The position numbers and the translations under genes were made by a program. Positions 10,758 to 21,144 of a DNA stretch of 64,000 nt are shown one piece after another; position 1 is the first letter of the stretch; each line of letters opens with the position of its first letter. The stretch is from the NCBI GenBank assembly GCA_965208125.1, contig OZ242320.1, positions 5,504,001 to 5,568,000 on the forward strand, read 5' to 3'. This DNA comes from Candidatus Latescibacterota bacterium (GTDB lineage: Bacteria; Latescibacterota; UBA2968). Below the pieces are notes generated by a model. It did no database searches. It was not told the origin of the DNA and saw only the letters and a program-made list of their open reading frames with translations.

Positions 10758-11690
10758 TTATTGCGAAGGGCGGGGCAGCACCATAAAACCCACCGAATCC
10801 ACAGACGCAGATCCAAAAATCCCTATGCCCCCATCAACGTGAAACAGCGGCCGCTCAAAATTGTCACCTGCCAGGCCGCCAGGCTGAAACGCATTACCAT
10901 CGTCATCTTGAAAAAACTCGGGCACAGAGCGAATCAAATCAAACCAGTTCTTGTCAACCGCATAAATGCGAATGACATGAGGCCCGGCATATGCCACAAT
11001 AAACCAGGGCATACGCAAATTGCCATCTGAGGCTTCCAATGCAGGCGAACTGCCGTATCGATCAAAATTGATTTCGTCAAAAAAATCAGAATTAACCAAA
11101 AAATCCGACGAGCGATCCAGACTTTCAATGGCTATCTGGTAGCCACTGACAGGAAGCGGATCAAATCGCATTTCCAGAAGGCCATCTTGATAGACAACGC
11201 GATTCTCCTGCACATTGCCATCTTCATATCTCTTCAATGGGCGGATGACCTCGAGCGTCTCATCATCTAATAATGCCACCTCTTGAATATCCAATCTGTC
11301 GGGCGTGATCGTCTGTGCTGTGGCTTCCCTGCCCTGTGATCGCACGCGCAGATTATAAGTTGTATTTGGCAAAACGAGCGGGGCATTGGGCGGGGGGCGA
11401 TAAGACCCTGAGGAGAAACCCGAACCCGGACTGTACAAAAACGTCTGTTCCCCCTGAGTAATCACGACCTCGGCATCACCTACACCTGCCCAGCGTTCAG
11501 AATACGCCACGTTTGCTTTTACCGTCTCACTAACCAGCACTTGAGGTAGGGGTTTATCGACAACCAGCAGCGCATCCACAACCAGAACACCCGAAGCATC
11601 GGGACCAAAAAGACTCGACGGATCGCGCTCGGCCTTACATCCCATCAGCGCGATCAGGCAGCCCATCATCAAAACGAAATATTTCATCAT
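10758..11690 (-). CDS. DUF4249-like lipoprotein, partner of the TonB-dependent receptor
   Basis: Lipobox LMGC; C-terminal VDGGIGIFGS; directly downstream of a TBDR. Confidence 0.75.
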   Translation of the reverse strand: MMKYFVLMMGCLIALMGCKAERDPSSLFGPDASGVLVVDALLVVDKPLPQVLVSETVKANVAYSERWAGVGDAEVVITQGEQTFLYSPGSGFSSGSYRPPPNAPLVLPNTTYNLRVRSQGREATAQTITPDRLDIQEVALLDDETLEVIRPLKRYEDGNVQENRVVYQDGLLEMRFDPLPVSGYQIAIESLDRSSDFLVNSDFFDEINFDRYGSSPALEASDGNLRMPWFIVAYAGPHVIRIYAVDKNWFDLIRSVPEFFQDDDGNAFQPGGLAGDNFERPLFHVDGGIGIFGSASVDSVGFMVLPRPSQ

Positions 11691-11697
11691 ACCCCTC

Positions 11698-13920
11698 TTA
11701 AAAATTAAAATTAATCCCCAGCGTTGGCACGATTGGCAACATCTTGATCACATCTGGATCAGACTCATCAAAAATGACAAACCACTCATTGCGCCGATTA
11801 AATACGTTAAACACCTGAACGTAAAACTCCCCGTTCACCTCAAACGCGCGAAACCGCATCTTCACATTTAAATCCAATCTCTGATAAGGCAACAAGCGAG
11901 CACTATTGCGGTCTGAAGGCAGCACCAGGTTTTCTATTTGCCGGTGGGGCACTGCGGGCGAGCGCAATGAATAACGCGCAGATGCAGGAGTAAATGCCTG
12001 CCCCGTGCCATAGACATAATTCGCCCCAAATGACCACCGGCCCAGGCGATAATTGGTCACAAAAGACACATCGTGGCGGCGGTCGTATTTGGGGGGAAAC
12101 GCCTTGCCCTGATTGAGTTCGGCAAATGTGCGGCGCGTCCACCCCAGCGTATAACCTATCCATCCCGTCAATCGTCCGGTGCGGCGCTGTAAAAAGACTT
12201 CGACGCCAGTTGCATACCCGGTTCCCTCACTCACAAACGTATCCTCTACGGTCTTCGCATCAATATCTGCGGCGATGCGATTGTCCAGTACAATCAGATT
12301 CGCCATATCGGTATAATAGGCTTCCACAGTAGCCTGGTAACGCTCGGAAGGTTCCCACTCCACACCTGCCACACTCTGCCAGGACCGTCCGGGTTCTACC
12401 GACTCATCCAGCGGCACCCAGTAATCACCGCCGCTAAACAACTCGGTAGTCACCAACTGCAAATACTGGTGAAATGAACCGCCAGCCGCCTTCCAGCGCC
12501 AGTTGCCCGTCCGGTAGCTCATTGACAAACGCGGCTCGACATGAAAGCGATCACCTGCGCTAAAATAACTGCTCCGCATACCCAGACGAATATCTGTTGC
12601 AGAGCCAGGCTGCCAGTGATCTTGCACATACGCCGATAGCAAATTGGGCTTTTCGCGCAGGTCAAGCTGGTCATCCTGATTAAATTCCTGATTAAATTCA
12701 AAATTGTAATGCGTTGCCAAAAATCCACTACTTAAGGCGTGATCGCGTGCGGCAAACCAATCGATGTCTCCTTTGACCGTAATATCTCGAATGCTGTTGG
12801 CAAACAGAATGCGCGTATCGAGAATATTCAGTTCTGTCTTGCTGGCGTAATGGCTACCCGCCACCACAAAATTGCCAAATAGAGCAGGCGAAAACACATG
12901 CGTCCACTTGCCCAAAAAAGCGGTATTACCCCATCGAATACCGAAAAATGCATCCTCGTCAACATCAAAACTCAGATCATCTCGACCAAAATACCCACTT
13001 ATCTGCACTTTGTCATTATCCGAAAAATCCTGATTGAGCTTGGCATTCAAATCGTAAAAATAATACGTGGGAACATCTGTGTCTTCATTCCGGATGATAG
13101 ACAATAGCGGATCGATATAAGTGCGCCGCCCAGACACCATCCACGATCCTTTTCGGGTTGGGCCTTCGAGCGTCAAACGCGCGGCAATAAGACTTACCCC
13201 TCCGCTGGCATCAAATCCCTTGCGATTGCCGTCCTTATTGTGTACATCGAGCACCGACCCCAAACGCCCGCCATATTTCGCCGGATAAGCCCCTTTGTGC
13301 AAACTCATATCCCGAATGGCATCGGGATTAAACGTAGAGAAGAAGCCAAATGCGTGCGATGGATTGTAAAGCGGCATTTGATCCAACAGAATCAAAGTCT
13401 GATCTGGTCCACCACCGCGGATATAAAGCCCCGAACTGATATCCGACGCGGCCTGAATGCCGGGCAAAAGGTGTAATGAGCGCAAAATATCCGTCTCGCC
13501 AATGGCCGGCATCTCGCGGATTTTTGCCGTTTCTACCTCGACAAAACCCGGCTGAATGCGCTGCTCTTCCTCCTCGCGCTTGGCCTCCACCACGATCTCT
13601 TCCACGACTATTAGCTCGGGTTTGAGTTGCACATCGAGCCGCCTTGTTTCGCCCGCTCGAAAAGTCAGCGTATCCTGAAAACTGATATACCCGATATAGG
13701 AGATAGTCAACACATAGGGGATATCCTCAGGCACCCCTTGAATGGCGTAATACCCATCCACATTGCTCAGTGCACCAATGGGCCTTTCTGACCCTTTTAA
13801 CACCACGTTCGCATAAGGCAGCGACTCGCCATTACTCCGATCCGAAATAAATCCACTCAGCGTTGCCGCCCGAACAGATAATGGCAACAACATCAACAAC
13901 AGCACCCCCAAAAACTTCAT
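11698..13920 (-). CDS. TonB-dependent receptor
   Basis: CarboxypepD_reg-like N-terminus (GESLPYANV), plug LYIRGGGPDQ, YGGRLGSV, C-terminal Phe. Confidence 0.9.
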   Translation of the reverse strand: MKFLGVLLLMLLPLSVRAATLSGFISDRSNGESLPYANVVLKGSERPIGALSNVDGYYAIQGVPEDIPYVLTISYIGYISFQDTLTFRAGETRRLDVQLKPELIVVEEIVVEAKREEEEQRIQPGFVEVETAKIREMPAIGETDILRSLHLLPGIQAASDISSGLYIRGGGPDQTLILLDQMPLYNPSHAFGFFSTFNPDAIRDMSLHKGAYPAKYGGRLGSVLDVHNKDGNRKGFDASGGVSLIAARLTLEGPTRKGSWMVSGRRTYIDPLLSIIRNEDTDVPTYYFYDLNAKLNQDFSDNDKVQISGYFGRDDLSFDVDEDAFFGIRWGNTAFLGKWTHVFSPALFGNFVVAGSHYASKTELNILDTRILFANSIRDITVKGDIDWFAARDHALSSGFLATHYNFEFNQEFNQDDQLDLREKPNLLSAYVQDHWQPGSATDIRLGMRSSYFSAGDRFHVEPRLSMSYRTGNWRWKAAGGSFHQYLQLVTTELFSGGDYWVPLDESVEPGRSWQSVAGVEWEPSERYQATVEAYYTDMANLIVLDNRIAADIDAKTVEDTFVSEGTGYATGVEVFLQRRTGRLTGWIGYTLGWTRRTFAELNQGKAFPPKYDRRHDVSFVTNYRLGRWSFGANYVYGTGQAFTPASARYSLRSPAVPHRQIENLVLPSDRNSARLLPYQRLDLNVKMRFRAFEVNGEFYVQVFNVFNRRNEWFVIFDESDPDVIKMLPIVPTLGINFNF

Positions 13921-14125
13921 TATTGCTCCTTCTAATACTAATCGTATGAATTAACATGGCACGGTTTATTGCCTGCTATAGCAAAGTCGGGGAGCGGGGT
14001 ACAACTGCGCCAGCAGTTCAAAGGATTTCCCGACTACAACGCGCTTACTGTTGGAGCGGCATCCCTGCCGCGATCTCGCTTACTGACCGTCCATAGTGTT
14101 ATAACACTCATCAACGGTCAACGTG

Positions 14126-14584
14126 TCACCAGATACTCCTTTTTGTGGCAACAACTCCTTCGCGCTGGGCAATTAACCGGATGCGCTCTTGAATACGCGC
14201 GAGAATCAATTGTAGCCGATCTCTATCGGCATCTGATAATCCATCATTGCGCCAGGGATCCTCACTGCTTCTTTTTTGCTTGGTCATCTGCACATTGACC
14301 TCATGAGTTAAAAAATCCATCACAACCGAAATGCGCGTGCGCCGCGAAACATCCAAAAAAGTCTGACTGGCATAACTCGACTCGTCGCGCCAGGCCGTCG
14401 TGACCACACCAGCCACGGGATCAACCGTTTCTACGGTATAGCCTTCTTCGTGCAAAATAGTCACGGCGGCATTGGCAAATGCCTCGGGAGAAATTTTTTC
14501 AACTGACCCCGATATCGACACGGGATCAACCACATTGCAACCCAGCGAAAAACCCAACAAAATAAGAATCGTAACGTATTTCAT
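14126..14584 (-). CDS. Hypothetical lipoprotein
   Basis: Lipobox SLGC; GGAGG RBS upstream. Confidence 0.7.
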   Translation of the reverse strand: MKYVTILILLGFSLGCNVVDPVSISGSVEKISPEAFANAAVTILHEEGYTVETVDPVAGVVTTAWRDESSYASQTFLDVSRRTRISVVMDFLTHEVNVQMTKQKRSSEDPWRNDGLSDADRDRLQLILARIQERIRLIAQREGVVATKRSIW

Positions 14585-14804
14585 ACTATCCCTCCAGCTA
14601 AAAGTTCCAGATTATCCGGAAAACCTGCTCGCGTTGAAGACAGACCCCGCACTGCCTCCTAACTGCAACTTCTGTGCCAGATGGACTCAAAACAAAAGAA
14701 AATTATAACATCATTATTTTTAATACGTTACAAAAATTCACCCGACTAAAAATTTTCAAAAATAAATGTAGCAAAAATTCACACTGTGCGTCAATATCAC
14801 AATG

Positions 14805-14840
14805 AAAAAGGCCCCTTCCTTTATGGTAGGGGCCTTTTTT
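14805..14840. terminator. Bidirectional intrinsic terminator
   Basis: AAAAAGGCCCCT...AGGGGCCTTTTTT immediately after the HEPN stop. Confidence 0.8.
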
Positions 14841-14842
14841 GA

Positions 14843-15301
14843 TCATTCCGATAAAACTAAAAACAATTCTACATCGGCTTGTACTGCATTCCAAACATCT
14901 CTCAAGTCCCACACAGGGTTTTGCATTTTATCCCACACCAGGACAAATGTATAAGTATGCCTTGATACATGGCGAAAACCAAGATATGGCTGAAGGCGTT
15001 CTACGGTTGCTCGAGAGATGACAGGCTTTCGAAACTCGGTTTTGCGTCCCATCTGAAGCAAAAGATCCTTGTGCCAGGATTCTCCTGCAGGAATTTGCCC
15101 ATCAACCCGTTTGCCAATTGTCTGAAAAATATTTTCTACACCATTGTAGAAAGATTGCAATACGGCACCAAGGGCTGTATATTCTATCAGCGTTGGCGCA
15201 ATTGATCGAGAAGACTCAATGAGATCATCGTATTCAGAGAGCAATTTTTCAATCTGTTGCAATTCACGCCGCACCAGAACTCGGGTCCGATCATCCAACA
15301 T
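14843..15301 (-). CDS. HEPN (HepT-like) RNase toxin
   Basis: SFYNGVENIF, SWHKDLL and RX4H motif FRHVSRHTY; overlaps the upstream MNT gene. Confidence 0.85.
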   Translation of the reverse strand: MLDDRTRVLVRRELQQIEKLLSEYDDLIESSRSIAPTLIEYTALGAVLQSFYNGVENIFQTIGKRVDGQIPAGESWHKDLLLQMGRKTEFRKPVISRATVERLQPYLGFRHVSRHTYTFVLVWDKMQNPVWDLRDVWNAVQADVELFLVLSE

Positions 15302-15599
15302 GGATCAAAGTCGCTTCGCGTTCAAGAAAGGATGCCAGGTCGGCATCTGAATCCAGGTCTATAAGGTCTGTGACTCGTGTAAGTTCTAAGAGCAGCCTAC
15401 CTTGCAGATTGTAAAATTTATCTGGTGGGCACCCTCTGACGGCAAAGTCGATATCAGACCGGTCAGTGACGCGCCCTTCGGCAACAGATCCAAAGATATA
15501 GATAGATTTACATCCTTCGGACTTCAATATATCCACGCCTTTTTCAATATCTCGCAATATTGTGTCTGACAACTCTGGAAGACTGTCAACAATTGCCAT
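15291..15599 (-). CDS. Minimal nucleotidyltransferase (MNT) antitoxin
   Basis: IFGSVAEG...SDIDFAV (GS-X10-DXD). Confidence 0.85.
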   Translation of the reverse strand: MAIVDSLPELSDTILRDIEKGVDILKSEGCKSIYIFGSVAEGRVTDRSDIDFAVRGCPPDKFYNLQGRLLLELTRVTDLIDLDSDADLASFLEREATLIHVG

Positions 15600-15640
15600 T
15601 CTGTTGCACTCCTTTTACACCGTAAGTACCCATAAAATAA

Positions 15641-15716
15641 TGGAGCCATCCAGCGGATTCGAACCGCCGACCGCCTGATTACGAATCAGGTGCTCTACCA
15701 ACTGAGCTAGGATGGC
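15641..15716 (-). tRNA. tRNA-Thr(CGT)
   Basis: 76 nt, GCCATCC...GGATGGC-T-CCA; anticodon arm CCTGA-TTCGTAA-TCAGG; T-loop GTTCGAATC. Confidence 0.97.
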
Positions 15717-15808
15717 TCTAAGATATAAAAAAATACTGTTCTCGTTCCAGGCGAAAAATACACAAAGCATTAAAAACTGTCAAGAACGAAGAAAAAAAGG
15801 AGGTACCA

Positions 15809-16591
15809 ATGAAATTTGTCGTCGCTGTCGATTGCGAAGGCGTAGCCTGTGGCGTGGGATCGCCTGGCGCATCCCTGAACTCTTCACGGAATTTAGAATT
15901 CGCAAAATTACAGGCCACGCGAGAAGCGGATGCGGCTGTCCGCGGATTATTTGCAGCCGGTGCTGAACAGGTAATTGTATGGGATAATCACAACGGGAGT
16001 TTGAATCTGAATTACGATCTCCTGGACGAGCGGTGTGATATCGCGCTCGGCGTGGGATTTGAACACCGATTTCCCGGCATGAACGAATCATTTGATGGCG
16101 TAGCGCTGGTCGGTTATCACGCCATGGACAATACAATTGACGGCGTGATGTGTCATACCTTTAGCTCGGCGACGTATCAATGGATCAAGATCAACGGACG
16201 AGAAGTGGGAGAGATGGCCATAGACGCGGCCGTTGCGGGAGAGCGAGGGGTGCCCGTCATTTTTGCCTCAAGTGACGATAAGGGAACCGCGGAAGCCGAA
16301 TGTTTTTTCCCCGGCGTCGTCACTGTCACGACCAAGCAGGGGATGGGATGGAATTGTGCGGTGAGCAAACACCCCAAACGGGTGGTAAATGAGATCTATG
16401 AAACAATCCAGAACGCCGTAGCCAAACGCAACGCCATAAAACCCTTTTCATTTTCATCGCCTCTCACCATGGAAGTGCGCTATAAACGGCTCGAATCCGC
16501 GCAGTCGGCCAGCCGTGGATTTTCCGGCGCAGAGCGCGTTGATCCCTATACCGTGAAGCGAACACTGCAATCCATCCAGGATTATTATTGA
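15809..16591 (+). CDS. M55 family metallopeptidase (DppA-like D-aminopeptidase)
   Basis: DCEG, WDNH, VGYHA, HTFS, GEM, SSDD. Confidence 0.9.
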   Translation: MKFVVAVDCEGVACGVGSPGASLNSSRNLEFAKLQATREADAAVRGLFAAGAEQVIVWDNHNGSLNLNYDLLDERCDIALGVGFEHRFPGMNESFDGVALVGYHAMDNTIDGVMCHTFSSATYQWIKINGREVGEMAIDAAVAGERGVPVIFASSDDKGTAEAECFFPGVVTVTTKQGMGWNCAVSKHPKRVVNEIYETIQNAVAKRNAIKPFSFSSPLTMEVRYKRLESAQSASRGFSGAERVDPYTVKRTLQSIQDYY

Positions 16592-16616
16592 GATATGCGA
16601 AAACACAGGAGAAAAA

Positions 16617-18083
16617 ATGAAAATTCTACTCGCGGCCTTCAAACAAGAAACCTCCAGCTTTAACCCCGCGCGCACACCCTACAATATGTTCAACGTGCGA
16701 TTTGGCGATGAACTGCTCGCGCTGCGAGGCAGCAATACTGAAATTGCTGGCGCACTCGACATCTTTGCCGAACGCGAAGACATTGACCTGGTACCCATCT
16801 ATTCAGCATCATCTGTATCCGGCGGGCCAGTCGCCGACGAAGATCTCAACAGACTCATGGACGAACTGCTCACAGGCATTCGCAACCATGCACCCGCAGA
16901 CGGAATGCTCATGGTCTTTCACGGTGCAATGGCCGGTGAAACCGAAGTCGATCCCGAAGGACATGTCCTCACCGAAATCCGCAACATCCTCGGCGATGTG
17001 CCCATTGTCACCACCTTTGACCTGCACGGCATCATCACCGACCGCCTCATCGCACAATCCGATATCATGGTTCCCTTTCACACGTATCCGCACATCGACA
17101 TGTACGAAACCGGACAACGGGGTGCGTGCAACCTGCTCGCTCTTCTCGATGGCGATATCAAACCCACCGTCGCGCATATCCGATTGCCCATGCTCGTGCG
17201 AGGCGACGAACTCATCACCAAAACCGGACGATTTGGTCAGGCCATCCGCTGGTGCCAGGAAATAGAAAATACCGAAGGGGGCCTGGGTAGCGGTGTATAT
17301 ATCGGCAATCCCTTCACCGATGTACCCGACCTGCGCTCCAACGTCATTGTCTTTACCGACAACGATCCCAAACGCGCACAACGCGAAGCCAAACGCATCG
17401 CCCAGTACATGTGGGACAATCGCGACCATTTCACCGCGCCACTCACCGCGATCCCAGACGCCATTCGCCTGGCTGAAGAAACTCAGGGTCTCACCGTCTT
17501 TTCCGACGCTGCCGATGCCACATCTTCGGGCGCATCAGGCGATAGCAATGCCATTCTCAAGGGACTGTTTGAACACAATTACCAGGGCCGCGCACTCCTG
17601 CCCATTGTCGATCCCCCGGCCGTTGAAGCGGCCTTTCGCGCAGGTGTAGGTGCCACCATAACCATACCCATTGGCGGTGCCATTGACAAAGCGCGTTTTT
17701 CTCCCATTGAATGCGAAGTCTATATCCAACTGCTCACCGATGGGGCATATATCACAGGCACGGGCACATCGGGACATGCCGGCAACACGGCTGTGCTCCA
17801 GGCCGGGACTTACAACATCATGGCGACCACGCGCCCGGTCAGTATCATGGACCGCAAAGTCTTTGAATCACGCGGCCTCAACCCGCGAGACTTTGATCTG
17901 GTCGTGTGCAAATCGCCCAACGGCTTTCGCGTTCACTACGAAGAAATTGCCACCCGAATCGTACCTGTTGACGCACCCGGCTCCACAAGTGCCAACTTAA
18001 AAACCCTGCCCTTTACCGAATGCCAGCGCCCTATATTTCCACTGGACGATGGCGTACAACCACCACGAGAAATAGATAGATAG
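16617..18083 (+). CDS. M81 family metallopeptidase (MlrC-like)
   Basis: QETSSF, HGAM, DLHG, TYPHIDM. Confidence 0.9.
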   Translation: MKILLAAFKQETSSFNPARTPYNMFNVRFGDELLALRGSNTEIAGALDIFAEREDIDLVPIYSASSVSGGPVADEDLNRLMDELLTGIRNHAPADGMLMVFHGAMAGETEVDPEGHVLTEIRNILGDVPIVTTFDLHGIITDRLIAQSDIMVPFHTYPHIDMYETGQRGACNLLALLDGDIKPTVAHIRLPMLVRGDELITKTGRFGQAIRWCQEIENTEGGLGSGVYIGNPFTDVPDLRSNVIVFTDNDPKRAQREAKRIAQYMWDNRDHFTAPLTAIPDAIRLAEETQGLTVFSDAADATSSGASGDSNAILKGLFEHNYQGRALLPIVDPPAVEAAFRAGVGATITIPIGGAIDKARFSPIECEVYIQLLTDGAYITGTGTSGHAGNTAVLQAGTYNIMATTRPVSIMDRKVFESRGLNPRDFDLVVCKSPNGFRVHYEEIATRIVPVDAPGSTSANLKTLPFTECQRPIFPLDDGVQPPREIDR

Positions 18084-18084
18084 T

Positions 18085-19155
18085 ATGACACACCTGCTAT
18101 GCCAAATCTGTGGGAAGATCTTTAGCGCCGATACCTTGCAGTGGCGCTGCACCTGCGGAGGCCTCTTTGACCTCCATTTTGAAACTGAACTTTGCGTTGA
18201 CGCACTTCCCCACCGCCCCCCCACCCTGTGGCGCTACCGCGAAGCCATACCCATTGAAGACGATGTCCATATCGTCACCCTTGATGAAGGATTCACGCCG
18301 CTGACACCCATAACCATCACCGGCAAATCCCTTCTCGTCAAACAAGATCACCTGTTTCCATCCGGCTCGTACAAAGACCGCGGTGCAACCGTTTTAATCA
18401 GCCATGCAAAAGCATTGGGCGTTCAGAAAATGGTCGAAGATTCATCGGGCAACGCCGGTGCGGCTGTCGCGGCTTACGCAGCGCGTGCGGAAATTGCCTG
18501 CGACATCTACGTTCCCGACAGCACATCAGCCGCAAAACTCGCGCAAATCCAGAGTTATGGCGCAACCCTTTACAAAATCCCAGGTACGCGAGAGGATACG
18601 GCGCGCGCGGTTCAAGACGCGGCGCAAAAACACTTTTATGCAAGCCATGTCTGGAGTCCCTTCTTCTTTCACGGCACAAAAACATTTGCCTATGAAATCT
18701 GGGAACAACGCAATTTCATCGCGCCAGATACACTCATCATACCAACGGGAAATGGAACGCTACTAATTGGGGCTTACATCGGATTCACAGACCTTCTCAA
18801 ACAGAATTTGATCACCCACCTGCCCAAACTCATCGCCGTTCAATCCGCCCATTGCGCCCCTCTCACACCCAACTGGGTGGACAACTCCTCCGCGACCATC
18901 GCCGAAGGCATCGCCATTGCAGAACCAGCCCGTGCAGCACAGATCATGCAGTGCATTGATAAAACCGAAGGCGACATCCTCACCGTTGACGACGACGAAA
19001 CGCGCAATGCCCAAAAACTAATGGCCGAAATGGGCTTTTACATCGAACCCACTTCGGCCACAGCCATTGCAGCTTATGTGAAATACCCATCTCAAAAAGA
19101 CGAAATCGTCGTCGCTCCCCTCACGGGACACGGTCTAAAGTCTTCGGGAAAGTAG
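18085..19155 (+). CDS. Threonine synthase-like PLP-dependent enzyme
   Basis: PSGSYKDRG, DSSGNAG, PTGNG, LTGHGLK. Confidence 0.85.
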   Translation: MTHLLCQICGKIFSADTLQWRCTCGGLFDLHFETELCVDALPHRPPTLWRYREAIPIEDDVHIVTLDEGFTPLTPITITGKSLLVKQDHLFPSGSYKDRGATVLISHAKALGVQKMVEDSSGNAGAAVAAYAARAEIACDIYVPDSTSAAKLAQIQSYGATLYKIPGTREDTARAVQDAAQKHFYASHVWSPFFFHGTKTFAYEIWEQRNFIAPDTLIIPTGNGTLLIGAYIGFTDLLKQNLITHLPKLIAVQSAHCAPLTPNWVDNSSATIAEGIAIAEPARAAQIMQCIDKTEGDILTVDDDETRNAQKLMAEMGFYIEPTSATAIAAYVKYPSQKDEIVVAPLTGHGLKSSGK

Positions 19156-19171
19156 AGGCTAAAGATCGGTC

Positions 19172-21124
19172 TCAGGGATAGCAGCTAACAAAGATGAGGA
19201 AATCGGCAAAATTAATGGTGCCATCGTTATTCAAGTCCATGCGACCATCAAAGCCAAAGTCTGATGTTTGTTTTTCATAAACCGCAACAAATAACAAAAA
19301 ATCGGCAAAATTCACCGCTCCATCGCCATTAAAATCGCACTGGGCAAGAGGCGTATTATTCTTCGTGTTGTTCACCAATATCACATTATCCAGTATCTCG
19401 ATGCCATTGCCCTCCAGACCGACCACGGAATGTTGAATTTTACAATTTTTCAAGGTCGCGGTGCCGTAATTGCGGATGCCATACCAATCGCCGGCTTTCG
19501 GACGAGATGAATGTTCAGTTATTTGACCTTCAAATGCGATTTGCTGCCCCCCTGACGCATCGGCATTTATCGTTCCGTAGTTCACAATATCGACGCGCAC
19601 TGGATCTGCAATGTCGTGAATATCCCGATTGGGATACGCGCGGATCAGCGTTCCTTCCTCAATCGTCAAGGTCGCACCAGGATACACCACAATATCACCC
19701 ACGAGGTCAATGGTATCTCGCCAGGTAACCGCTTGAAGAATGGGGTAGTGGTGAAAATCGGTATGAGGAATCTCTTTACTGTCATAACTGCCGGTTTCAA
19801 ATTTATTCCAGTTGCTTTTGTGAAACGGTCCCTCGGGAGATTTATTTTGAACAATCGCAGTTATTGGTAGCCAATCCAAAGGCGAATCCACTTCGAGTTC
19901 GCCCCATCTTACTTCGGCCCCCAACCAACTCATGTCTGCAGACAACCCCATATTATGGGCGTTATCTCGATCGGGCGTGGGCAAAAGCACCAAATCATAA
20001 TATTGTGCGAGATCGGGATTTGTATTTTCATCAATCTCGGTACTCAAGACAATCCCACGGTTTGTCAGATGTTCCGTAAGATCAATAAACCATATTCTCC
20101 GGGGATAATCACCACCGGTTGGAAAACTGCCATGGGAACCTGCCCCTATATAAACGACGGGATGCGTGCCCCCTTCTGCCGGAGCAAATTCTTTCTGAGG
20201 ATTGAATTTTCTGCCGCCCTTTTTTATATAACTTAACCCATCACCGTGAAACGAGTAGTTCACGCCAAAAAGCTCTGCCTTAGCGGTATCGCGGTCTGTT
20301 ATAATGACGTCAATGAACGGCCAATCCCCTTCGTGGTTGTTTTTCCAATCATTAAAAGGATAAAAGTAATAATACCGTATTGTAAATTTGTTGTGATATG
20401 CGGGAACACTGCTCTCAATCTGAAAAATATGCGCGTATGCTGTATTCTTAAAATGCTTTCCAGCGTGAGGGTGAATAGTATTTTCATAATGGTAATACCA
20501 GTTTTCCTTGTCATCGCCTTTTTCCTTATTGCCGGGATAGTCAAAATGTGGATCAAAAAAAAGTGCCGAATCTACCTGTGCTATTTGTGCTATCTCTATA
20601 GAACTTATCTTTGCAGAACCTTCCTGTATAGGATCTATTTGGATTGCTGCCTGTACAGGACCTGCCTGGACAGAACGGGTTTCTAACACTTTTAAGACGT
20701 CTAACAATATCGTATCCCGATAAATGAACTCTTTGGGTAAAAAAGCAAATTCATTTTTTGAAAAATCGACTTTGGGAAGCGAATTGAATTTGGGAAACGC
20801 TTTTATTACATCTGAATATTTGTAATTTCCGATATACCCTTGATCGTATTTCCCTTCCGTTGTTCGGCCATAGACTTTCACTGAAAACCAAAGGCTATAA
20901 GCGGATTTCGCGCCCATGATTTCTACGGGTTCGGGGAATATTACTTTGCGACCTGGGTTCTCTGGTTCTTCTGCCAAAATCAAAATTGGAGAAAATTTCT
21001 CGGCGAGCAATTCGTCTTGCGTTTTGCTATCGGCAAGACTCGAAAATACAAAGAACAATATCGTCGCTATCCCTATCCCGTAAGCCCCACTACTGAACAA
21101 GTTTTGTACAAATTGTAAATTCAT
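19172..21124 (-). CDS. Secreted protein with a Vps62/NPP1-like HEGDW domain and a C-terminal dockerin/EF-hand pair
   Basis: KFSPIL, YYYFYPFNDW..NHEGDW, HPVVY...GSHG; two DxNxDGxxNFADF motifs; start taken at ATG 21124. Confidence 0.65.
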   Translation of the reverse strand: MNLQFVQNLFSSGAYGIGIATILFFVFSSLADSKTQDELLAEKFSPILILAEEPENPGRKVIFPEPVEIMGAKSAYSLWFSVKVYGRTTEGKYDQGYIGNYKYSDVIKAFPKFNSLPKVDFSKNEFAFLPKEFIYRDTILLDVLKVLETRSVQAGPVQAAIQIDPIQEGSAKISSIEIAQIAQVDSALFFDPHFDYPGNKEKGDDKENWYYHYENTIHPHAGKHFKNTAYAHIFQIESSVPAYHNKFTIRYYYFYPFNDWKNNHEGDWPFIDVIITDRDTAKAELFGVNYSFHGDGLSYIKKGGRKFNPQKEFAPAEGGTHPVVYIGAGSHGSFPTGGDYPRRIWFIDLTEHLTNRGIVLSTEIDENTNPDLAQYYDLVLLPTPDRDNAHNMGLSADMSWLGAEVRWGELEVDSPLDWLPITAIVQNKSPEGPFHKSNWNKFETGSYDSKEIPHTDFHHYPILQAVTWRDTIDLVGDIVVYPGATLTIEEGTLIRAYPNRDIHDIADPVRVDIVNYGTINADASGGQQIAFEGQITEHSSRPKAGDWYGIRNYGTATLKNCKIQHSVVGLEGNGIEILDNVILVNNTKNNTPLAQCDFNGDGAVNFADFLLFVAVYEKQTSDFGFDGRMDLNNDGTINFADFLIFVSCYP

Positions 21125-21144
21125 AGCTATCTGCGGATAAGCCT

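Noticed and set aside
14585-14800. Possible riboswitch upstream of the small lipoprotein
   Set aside because: No recognisable conserved riboswitch motif by eye; mostly AT-rich promoter-like DNA.
15291-15599. MNT as the missing CBASS cyclase
   Set aside because: It is only 102 aa, is paired with a HEPN toxin, and lies about 35 kb from the operon.
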